DNA from: Neoconidiobolus thromboides FSU 785 | Taxonomy: Eukaryota; Fungi; Entomophthoromycota | Length of the DNA: 64,000 bases | Assembly: GCA_025603075.1 (NCBI GenBank) | Contig: MU626341.1 | Location: 25,153-89,152, forward strand | Direction of reading: 5' to 3' | In this document: in pieces, positions 51,099 through 61,080 of the stretch | Numbering within the stretch: position 1 is the first letter of the stretch | Layout: each line of letters begins with the position of its first letter | The notes under the pieces: generated by a model | The model's database searches: none | Told to the model about the DNA's origin: nothing | The model's input: only the letters and a program-made list of their open reading frames with translations | Program-made: the position numbers and the translations under genes

Positions 51099-51568
51099 GG
51101 TGTGAAATCTGGTACTCAGTGATTGGAGTCAAAAAACAGCTATTGCTCAGTTGACTACACTATAAGTCGAAAGGTCTTAGTTTATGTGACTAAGATAAGC
51201 TTGGATTATGAAGGATAGCACGTAATAGGCTACAAACTATGTAAAACAAATAGAATAGATAATACTAATGTAAAATCTACGTAAAATACTATTAAGAAAA
51301 CTCAGTGGCTTTATTAGGTGTTCGAGATATCAGTGAGTAATTCAGTTAAAAAGCCTCGAACTACTATACTGAAAACTCTTTTATACTCTGAAAAGTATAA
51401 ATATCAAAATGAGAGGATAATATTCTTTGGGATGGAGCTAGAAATTCTCATAGCAAATCAAACTAAGAACGTAGGATTGATTTTCTCTGAACTCGAGAAC
51501 ACAATAGCTTAGGCAATTATTATGCTATAATTAACCATGGGACTCACAAAGCGATATTTCACAGAGGG
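51099..51568 (+). repeat. Second copy of the LTR-like repeat at 6742-7215 (inverted)
   Basis: Shared blocks GGTGTGAAATCTGGTACTCAG, GTTGACTACACTATAAGTCGAAAGGTCTTAGTTTATGTGACTAAGATA and CTCTGAACTCGAGAACA. Confidence 0.85.
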
Positions 51569-51973
51569 ACTTTGACATCATTAACGATTATGCTATCCTG
51601 ATAAGCATTGGCAACATAAACGGTATTGATAAAGCAGATTAATACTGGAGTGTTTTTAATAAATGGAATGGGGTATAGGATTTTGCTTTTATAGTAATTA
51701 TTAGGTAAATCAGAATTTTTTTGTTTTTAATTGATACATTGTTAAAATAAAAAAAATTAAATGAGAATGATTTGATATAAAGGGTCTTTTTCTGTTTCAC
51801 GAAATCTAGTTGATGACCTGAGTAAAAAACTCTTTTTAAGCACTTCTGAATAAAGGTATTTAGTGATATCTGGGTATGAAGTTAGGATTAGGGGATGTAT
51901 GCGTTTCTTTAATTTCTCAAATTTTTAACTGCAGGATAAATAAAATTATCTACATGAGAGAAAAAATGCATAT

Positions 51974-52071
51974 GGGGATGTATTTGTTTTTAAGAATTTC
52001 ACTAACAAATTTTCCGCTCAAATATTGCTTAAAAAATGGAAAAATAATGAAGTCAAAAAAAAAACACTCCT
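51974..52071 (+). mobile_element. MITE copy
   Basis: Full-length; ATAT/ATAT flanks. Confidence 0.9.
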
Positions 52072-52454
52072 ATATAGACAAATGGCCCAATTTACACCAT
52101 TTTAACCAACAGTTTATATACTCACCTTTTCCATATAAAGGAACTAGATTCTATTTTAAAACGTAACTTTTTATTGCTTCAAATCCTTACAGTAGAACAA
52201 AAATACACTTATTTGGGAAAATGACTTAATGTTTGTAAATTTTTATGAATTCTATTTAATCCAAAAATAATATAAAAATAATTTAAAAACTATTTTAGAG
52301 ACAAGAAATGTAAGTTGTTTTAAAATAAAAACATATGATTCACTTTGTTGTATTTTATTTCACTCGTATTGTTTATTTCCAAGCTATAATAAAGTCCAAA
52401 AAATTTAGTATTAGAATCATTTTACTAGCTACTGTATTAAGTGAGGATATATAT

Positions 52455-52752
52455 GGGGATGTATTTTTGTGTTTAAGAATCCTACTAACAATTTTTCTGC
52501 TTAAATAGCGCTTAAAAATGGAAAAAATAATGAAGTCAAAAAAAACACTCCCATATGGTGATTTTTTTTTTGATTTCATTACTTTTTCTATTTTTTAAAC
52601 TCTATTTGACCAAAGGTTGTTAGTGAAATTCTTAAACAAAAAAACATATCCCCATATGATGATGTTTTTTTTGATTTCACCTTTTCCATTTTTAAGTGCC
52701 ATTTGAGCGGAAAGATTTCTAATAAAGTTCTTAAATGAAAAAATACATCCTC
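52455..52752. mobile_element. Triple MITE array: 52455-52552 (+), 52557-52653 (-), 52658-52752 (-)
   Basis: Three copies each separated by a single shared ATAT. Confidence 0.92.
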
Positions 52753-53274
52753 ATATGTTGCTAAGTATTGTAAAAAATAGATAATAAAAATACAACTTAA
52801 ACAACAAATAGTTTTTATGTCTAAAAAAAGCCTATTTTAAATAATTTTTTCAATTGTTGCAGTTATATGTTTACTGTTTATTTTTTTGTATAACTCTTAA
52901 CATTAGGTAATCCCCTATATGATTATAGAAAACTAAATTTTACAGCGGTATTTAACAGCTTAAAGTTAGCAGTTTATTGCCATCTAAAACTAATGAAATA
53001 ATCACATTAGTCACTATTTGTTATTTAATGTGACTTATAATTAGTATATTATAATATTTGTACAATGTATATGTGGTATAGGAGTAAAAAATACCGATAT
53101 TTAATATAATAGCTATAAACAGAATTCAGGAGAAACGCAGGTTTCGAAGAAGATAAAGTATATTTTAAAGGCCAAAGATTTATGAATGAGTTAGGGAATT
53201 GAAAAACCGATCATCAAAGCAGTCTAAAATACTACCTTTGATAATGTGCTTTGAAAAACCCAGGTTAATCGACA

Positions 53275-54372
53275 TTACATCAAATCATTAATCAGCTCAC
53301 TTTCCCAAGTTGTGTTGAATTGGATATTGTTTTGACCAAAAAAGGAATTGATTAGTTGTGTTGTACTATATGGGTTACTTTGATGAGCCGTATGGAATTG
53401 GGTATTATTTTGATTAAAGGATTGGTTAATTGAGGAAATATAAGAATTTACAAATTGATTTGGTGTATTTATGTGAATATCCAAATTACTAAATAATACA
53501 TTGTTATTTACAACATTTTGTGTTATTGAAGCTACGCGTTGACTTAACTTATTTAACTGTTCAGACAAAACTTTGGTATTTGAATTTATATTATTAATAA
53601 TTTCTTTTAAATCATTAATAGCACTAGCTTTACTTTTACTTGAGTTTGCTTTTCTCAAATCAATAATGTCGTTTGGATCTCGAAACTGTGTCTCAGAATC
53701 AATATGAGCTGATTGGTCTTGGTTTTTACTATATTGGATTTGAATATTATCAGGATTTACAGATGAGCCCACCTGATCACACTCATTGGCTTTTGTTAGA
53801 TCAATAATATTACCAAAAACTGAGCACACATTATCAATGTCCTTGATCAAGTAATTACTATGAGTGGTAGAGCCATGGAGCGACGATATTGTATTACTAC
53901 TGCTTAGAGAATCGCTTGAACGAATGGGGCTGTCATTGGTGTTGCTTTCAAATTTGAGTTTAAATCTTCTACAAAATCTCTTCAACCATTTCTTATCAGC
54001 TATAAAGTCGGCTTTGCTTAATTCAACAGCGATTTCATTGGCTTTATTAATTATAGCTTGCTTGTTGTATTGTAAAGGAAGTAGTAGATTCCCATCGTTA
54101 TTTCTTTTGAGACTAGTACCAAACCACTCAAAGACTTTACGCTCAATATCGACAGAATGATTCACTCTAATACGTTTTCTTTCATCTTCAGTTACACCTT
54201 TACTTTCTTTGATAATATCATCTTTTCTTAACAAAATCTTAGTGACTGTGCTTCTTCCAATTCCATATATTTTTGCTATACTTTGGTGAGACATTTTATT
54301 TTCAGCTAAATTGATTATATCGAGCTTTATTTTCATCATTAAAACAACTCTTTTGGACGAATTTTCTTTCAT
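53275..54372 (-). CDS. CENP-B/pogo-derived DNA-binding protein copy 2 (no DDE)
   Basis: 365 aa; KRVVLMMKIKLDII...SHQSIAKIYGIGRSTVTKIL, DIERKVFEWF...ADKKWLKRFCRRFKL, heptad SAINDLKEIINN...LSEQLNKLSQ, N/Q-rich tail. Confidence 0.88.
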   Translation of the reverse strand: MKENSSKRVVLMMKIKLDIINLAENKMSHQSIAKIYGIGRSTVTKILLRKDDIIKESKGVTEDERKRIRVNHSVDIERKVFEWFGTSLKRNNDGNLLLPLQYNKQAIINKANEIAVELSKADFIADKKWLKRFCRRFKLKFESNTNDSPIRSSDSLSSSNTISSLHGSTTHSNYLIKDIDNVCSVFGNIIDLTKANECDQVGSSVNPDNIQIQYSKNQDQSAHIDSETQFRDPNDIIDLRKANSSKSKASAINDLKEIINNINSNTKVLSEQLNKLSQRVASITQNVVNNNVLFSNLDIHINTPNQFVNSYISSINQSFNQNNTQFHTAHQSNPYSTTQLINSFFGQNNIQFNTTWESELINDLM

Positions 54373-54529
54373 AATTTAAAGTTGATTTGATTATTATTTT
54401 TAAAATAAGTTTTTCAGAAAACGTTGCATTTATTGAATTTATACTATTTAGCTAAGTTCTTATAACGCTAACTATGAAATTATGTTAATTCTTTAGATGC
54501 TAAATAACTCAAACAGGTCTGATTGGATA

Positions 54530-54570
54530 TTGATTTTTTGATTGATTTTTTGATTGATTTTTTGATTATT
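54530..54570. repeat. 12-bp tandem repeat (TGATTTTTTGAT)x3 upstream of HTH copy 2
   Basis: Read directly from the sequence. Confidence 0.8.
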
Positions 54571-56073
54571 GAAAAATGCTTATTTCTTAATCAGGGTTAT
54601 TGGTGAGCAGTGTTCATTCACTGTAATTTATTTTGAGTTATATAAAAATTTGATGAGCATATATTATTCATGGTACTCAAATGATTGAAATAGGTATAAA
54701 CTATTTGGGTTTATATCATCCCTGTATCGACAAGTTTTTTAAAGGCTAATAATGTTAAAACAAAAACTATATTAAAGCTTAATATATAAAAAACATTGCT
54801 ACATTATTCATTAAATGAATATTTCCAATTCAACTTAAGTGTTATATTATCGGTTTATCCCCTACATCGTCTTAACTAAATGCTTTAAATAGCGCTTTTA
54901 TTCGTTTCTGTTTGACTTTAGTTAATACAAAAGTATTCAAAGTTATATAAAAATAGACTATACACCCTTGCCACTTTATATTAAAATTTTATTGTATGAT
55001 TTTACTTAGATCTTTCTTATTTATATTAATAGTATTTACCATAACATTAAAACGCTTAGGATTCAATATTTTCCTAAACAAAAATTACTAGAATAAAACA
55101 AAAAATCCTAAAAATTACCAGAATTCATCTGAATTGAAAGCTGTTTATGTTAAATATAGGTATGTTATGAGTTATCTTTTGACTTTGTATCGCCTATCTT
55201 TTTTATATCTATTTTTGATAGTGCTAAGTTATACAATGCCATATTTGAACATTTCCCCTTCTAGACTATTCAAGTTTCTTAATAACTTGTTCTACATAAT
55301 CAATATTTCTATTTATAAAAAATATTAATATCCGAAAGTTGAAAATTAAATTTAATATTTTACTCCTTTTAAATGCGATTTTGGGCACTTTTGATTTTTA
55401 TTTAATCATTTTAAAGATTGGCATTTTATGTTTTATATTGACCAAAGACGAAGTAAAAGTGCCCAATTCACATTTAAAACGAATTGATAATAGCAGTCAA
55501 CCTATATGATTTTTAAGATCAATATTATTCTTAAATAATCAATGTAGTTAAAAATAAACCTTAATAGGCTTGCTTAACTTTATTTTTTAATTAAGATTTC
55601 ACTTATTAGTAATTCTACCTTCTTCAAATTTTAATAAAAAGTATATTTCCATATTAAAACAATTTAAATTAAATATGACTAAAGCGTACTTAATCTTCCA
55701 AAAGATTACATTAATGTTCAATTATTTGATTAAACTTTAAATAATTCATGTCAAGTATTTTATATCTTAACTCTCCTTTTATAAAAGTTATTGAGCATTA
55801 TTAAGTCAAACTAACGAGATCATTTTAATAACTTAAAGTTGCCATAATCAAGATTTAATGTACAAATAGATTATTTGTATTTATAGGTTATTTTTGGATT
55901 ATGATATCTTCAAGTTATAAAGAGAACCACATTTAGCTTAAATTGGTAACAGTTCGTTCATCACTTCATCAAAGGAATAGTCAACTTATTTGAAGCATAA
56001 TCAAATCATTGATTAATGTGATACTGTGAATTTCAATATATGAGACTTTATGATGTTATAGATATTATTATAT

Positions 56074-56356
56074 GGGGATGTATTTTTGTGTTTAAGAATT
56101 TTACCAACAAAATTTCCGCTTAAATGGCGCTTAGAAAATGGAAAAAATAATGAAGTCAAAAAAAACACTCTCATATGATGTTGGCTTTTTTTATTTAATT
56201 TTACATTTTTCAAGCGCTATTAAGTGAGAAATTATCGGTAGGAACCAAACAAAAAAGACATGGGGATATATTTTTTGTTTAAGAACTTTACTAATAATCT
56301 TTCCGCTCAAATAGCGCTTAAAAATGTGAAAGTAATGAAACCAAAAAAATATCCCC
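56074..56356. mobile_element. Triple MITE array: 56074-56172 (+), 56177-56257 (-, degenerate), 56262-56356 (+)
   Basis: First junction is a shared ATAT; third copy flanked by ACAT/ACAT. Confidence 0.9.
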
Positions 56357-57750
56357 ACATGTTCTAATGACATCTTATATTTGGTTAAGTCGATATACTC
56401 TAACAACCCAATAACCAAATGAATAATGGAATCCTTTTTTAGGATAAAAAGCAGTAATATAAAAAGACTTCCCATCTAAAAAGTGTTTCGTCTTTGAAAT
56501 AAAAAACGAACATGGACAGTCTGCTTAAAAATAAAGCATCAAGACAATATAACAAGCAAATCTGGTATAAGAAGAAATAAAGTGACTATGATGTCTTTGA
56601 AAAAAGACGTAACTATTCAAGAAGGTAACAATATGTCTGAAGATGAAAGTAAAATAATCAGGATAAACGAAGTTCATAATAGAGGAAATTTACCATTCCC
56701 ATTGCAATCTAATGAGGAAAATTTAATTTAAAGCCCAAAAGAAAGTTTATTAAGTTATTCATAACACCTTTTATAGCTAGCGGAAAATTTATAAAGAACA
56801 TATGTAGAAATTATAAGTTTAAACTGGTCAACAGCATCAAATGTACCCCCATTTATGTAAAGAACAATTCAAACGGCCATAATGCAATGTAATTATGCTA
56901 TGGTTATTCTATTGGTCCCAATCCTTTGGATGACTCCACTGTGAATGTCTTTGATTTTGATGATCCTGTCGATTCGCCAAATGATACTAATTCAGAGGCT
57001 TCATTGATAAGCTCTATAGTTGATACTGATACTTTTGATAGAGACATTTCAGATATACATTCTAATTCCGATAACGTCTTTTCCTCGCTAATAGGCAATT
57101 CCTTTTATGAAACGCCCTTAAACGGCTTTCCTTATGATATTATGGCCCTTTTCAACAAATATATTGGGGATATACTCTTATTCTGTTAATGATATAAATT
57201 CTTTAATAGGTAATGGTTTTGGTGAAATAACCGCTTCCTATGGTTTTGATATAGATACTGACTCTTTAAATAGTAATGTTATAGATATACTCTATGGTTC
57301 TGGAAACATTATCAATTATTCAATGACTGAGAAATTTGAAACGAAGCCTTTCAGCAGTATTGTTGACCATCATTTCACTCTTATTATAGCCATAGTATCC
57401 CTTTGGATAATACTTATAGTGAATTGGATCAATCCGTAGATATTATCAGCATTTTCAACCAATCTAATGAAGTTAGAGATCAAATTATGAGGGAGAATAT
57501 TAATTCAAACAATTCAGACTTAAATGAGGATGACAATCTCTCGGATAACCTTCTTTGTTATAAATTTTATAAGAGTTCCAGGAGAATGAAAAGGTCTGGT
57601 TGTATATTTTTTAATCATAAATATTCTGACATCTTAACTAGTTATAAATATAAACGCAATGCTAACGATGACTTAAAGGAAACAGAAAATGGTTTAATAA
57701 AGTAGATTCATCCACAAATCCCATTTACAAGGAAATCAAGAATAATGAAT

Positions 57751-57849
57751 GGGGATGTATTTTTGTGTTTAAGAATTTTACTAATAAATTTTCCGCTCAA
57801 ATAGCGCTTAAAAGGTGGAAAAAGTAATGAAATCAAAAAAATCATCCCC
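57751..57849 (+). mobile_element. MITE copy inside the HTH pseudogene
   Basis: Full-length; GAAT/GAAT flanks. Confidence 0.92.
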
Positions 57850-58335
57850 GAATATTTACATAAATATTATAATAGTATTGATATGAACACTCTAAATTTG
57901 CAAAGTAATATATCTAATATTGTTAAAAGTTTGGGATAAACAAGTACTAATCATGAAGATATATATAAAAACATGGCTGAATTTTACGATGAGCTTAAAT
58001 ATGATAATCCTATTAGGCTTTTTTACAGTGGTATTGATGAAGACAATCTATACTTGAATAATTATGAGTCTAATATTATCAATACTGTTAATTTACCAAC
58101 GAATAATAATTGTAATAAAACAGATCCATCCATAAATCCTGTTTGTGATGAAAGTAAAAATAATGAAAATAAAAACATATTTAATAATGCTATCGATTTA
58201 AACACCTTATCCTCGTATAGCAATGAAACAAACATCACTAATATTTCAATGAATAATAATTTTGATGAGATAAATATATCCATAAATCATGCCTATACCG
58301 AAATTAAAAATAATGAAAATAAAGGTTCAATATAT

Positions 58336-58434
58336 GTGGGTGTTTTTTTTGGCTTCATCATTTTTTCTATCTTTTAAGCGCCATTTGAGCGGAAGAATTA
58401 TTAGCAAAATTCTTAAACACAGAAATACATCCCC
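58336..58434 (-). mobile_element. MITE copy inside the HTH pseudogene
   Basis: Full-length; ATAT/ATAT flanks; removal of the element plus one TSD restores the reading frame. Confidence 0.92.
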
Positions 58435-59323
58435 ATATAATAACATCAATTCCGACATGTTAAATTCAAATGGTAGTGAAGCCGGTATAATAAATAACTT
58501 AATGCAGTTAATAATTGAATTTAAACTCAATTATCAAAAACATATCTAATCAAGTATTTCTGTTAAATAAAATTTAATTTGATAAATGAAAGTATTGAAC
58601 AGTATAATAAACTACCCGGTAAATCACATAGCCTAATAAATATGGCAAATCAATTCTAAGTCCCCATATTTGACCAACCAACCAATATTTTGATCCAAAT
58701 AATACTCATTTTGTTATATCAAATCAGCTTGCGTGCCCTCATATTTTTCCAATTAATTCATATCTTGGTATAAATAATAATGAATTTAGTAGCAATTCAT
58801 ACTTTGATTCATATAATAATCAGTTTATTAACAACTCATCTTTTAACCTAAATATTAATCCATATTCTAATTTAAACTATAAACATAAACAGATTAATAC
58901 GAGGGATCAAAATGATTTATTCAATAAATTCGATGTAATGTTAACTAACTCAAGTTTTTCAGGGCTCAAATTCGATAATAACATTCCGGATAATAGTAAC
59001 ACAAATCAATTATAACGATAAACAGCTTTTATCAACGTATTTTATCCTTTTCTTTTTATGCCATTGATTTTTATGAACTCTCTGTAATGCTTATAACTTC
59101 AAATTTCAATAATTTTTATATCCGTAACACCTGTGCAACATAAACATTAGCCTTATTATGTTTGCTAACTGTATACTGCGTTATAATAATGCAAAGCAGT
59201 TTAGTATTGATGCTTTATTTATTATAAGTAATAATCAATAAATAAGTATCCTATTTAAATTTTTAAGTAACATTAATTATTATTTTTTAATTAGATACCA
59301 AAAAAACTATGCCTTTATTATAT

Positions 59324-59420
59324 GGGAGTGTTTTTTTTGACTTCATTGTTTTTTCCACTTTTCAAGCGCCATTTGAGTGGAAAATGTTGGTAAAATTCTT
59401 AAGCACAAAGATGCATCCCC
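59324..59420 (-). mobile_element. MITE copy
   Basis: Full-length; ATAT/ATAT flanks. Confidence 0.9.
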
Positions 59421-59837
59421 ATATAATGGAAACTAGAAGAGTTAGTTTAGAGAAAAGTCACATATAGAAAGAACCTTTGAGCCTTAAGACTAAGAGCCAT
59501 TGCAGAATAACAATTTTATTTTGTTTGATTTTTATATTAAGTTTCTTATCATTATATTAAATTTAGAGCAGTTTTTATATTTGTATATTATTAAATAGCT
59601 TTTATTTATTCATACATATTTCTTTGGATTGTCTGATACTATTAATATAGATTGTATGTATTATTTGTAAAGTATGATTTTATCATTTCAATTTTATAAA
59701 AAAAATTAAAGATGCTAAAACTTTATTACCCCTTTAATTTCGATAAGCTCGATTACTGGGTTCATCTTAAATTTCACTATTACAAATAAAACATTCAATA
59801 GTTCCTGACTCTTTTGGGACTTCAAAGAATCACTTAA

Positions 59838-59944
59838 ATATATATATATATATATATATATGTATTTAAGAACTCCACTAACAAATTTCCCACTCAAGTA
59901 GCGTTTAAAAGATAAAAAAAGTAATGAAACCAAAAACATCCCTC
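59838..59944 (+). mobile_element. MITE copy whose left end is replaced by a (TA)n microsatellite (59838-59861)
   Basis: (TA)~12 then TGTATTTAAGAACTCCACTAAC...TAGCGTTT...CATCCCTC followed by ATAT. Confidence 0.82.
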
Positions 59945-60190
59945 ATATACTGCAACTATTTGATAATAATACTATTTATTAATTTTTATTTTTGTTTATA
60001 TAAAGCATTAGTTTTATATACTATTTAATCAAATTTATTTTTATTAGTAGTAAATCCTAATAATTTTTCTTTCCTTTTTTGTTTTATAAAATTTTATAAA
60101 CTCTGAGTTATTATATATCTATTAGCATTTGAAAAAAATATAAGTCTTCCAAAATAATTTTTTTATTTAAGCTTTTTAAATTTAATTAAT

Positions 60191-60285
60191 GGAAGTGTTT
60201 TTTTCAGCTTTATTATTTTTTCTCTTTTAAGCGCTATTTGAGTGGAAAATTTGTTAGTAAAATTTTTAAACAAAAAAATATCCCT
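60191..60285 (-). mobile_element. MITE copy
   Basis: Full-length; TAAT/TAAT flanks. Confidence 0.87.
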
Positions 60286-61080
60286 TAATCATATATTAAG
60301 AACTTACAAATTTAGAAACTTAATTTAAATTGGCTTTTAACTAAATTCTAAAATTGATTTGGGCATCCTATGCAATAAAATAAAGCTTGAATTGTAAATA
60401 TTAGCATACATAATAGATTCTCATAAGCAAAGAACTATTCCAGGTTTTTTGATCTACATAGGTTGCTATTTAATTTAAGTGTTTTGCGATTTTTGTAAAT
60501 TTGGATTAACAATAACTTCAGCAATCTTCTTTTTAATCATTTAACTCTTTAAATAATAAAAAACTTAATGATTGTATACAAGTATAAAAAATTATGAAAA
60601 GTGATATAAAATATTTGAAAAACTATTGGACAGAATTTCTTTAATACAAAAAAGCCATTAGCTATCAACATCAATTAAATAAAAACTAGTATTAGTAAAA
60701 TTTAGTTTAATTTAATTTAGTTTAATTTTATAAAGGGAATTATTTTAAATTCTAGGCAAAATAAACTTCACAATTTAAAAAAATTAAATGTATATAAAAC
60801 TCAAAAATACATTGTTTCTTTAAATCATACCAAAAACTATAAATGTTAACAGGTGACCTCATTTTTTGTTTTTATAGGTTAATCTTTATAGCAAAAAAAT
60901 CAACCCAATCACAATCGCTTTTATGTAAATATGACGATTGACGATTTACAATGACTTAAATTGGTGCACGCTTTAAGAACCAAGTAACAATATTTAAATG
61001 GTGGAGTCTTTTTTTGAGTATTAGTAAATAGTAATAAAAATTCTTTATCTAAGAAAAGCGTGTTGTCCTTAAAATAACCA

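Larger units (their letters stand above)
56470..59030 (+). pseudogene. Fourth CENP-B/pogo-like HTH paralog, frameshifted and interrupted by two MITEs
   Basis: Fragments GIRRNKVT...MSEDESKIIRINEVHNRGNLPFPLQS, RKFIKLFITPFIASGKFIKNICRNYKF, SEAGIINNLMQ and INMANQF; 3' flank resembles that of copy 3. Confidence 0.8.

Noticed and set aside
52455-52752. CRISPR-like array
   Set aside because: Eukaryotic context, ~98-bp units in mixed orientation, no unique spacers, no cas genes.
57785-57812. CENP-B box in the MITE core (two CpGs)
   Set aside because: CpG spacing is 9 nt rather than 7, and the TTCG...A..CGGG pattern is not matched on either strand.
45501-59939. Small ORFs 45501, 45532, 51876, 52373, 56013, 56191, 58327 and 59715 as a protein family
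   Set aside because: Their similarity is translation of MITE sequence; kept only as the peptide-potential finding, not called as genes.
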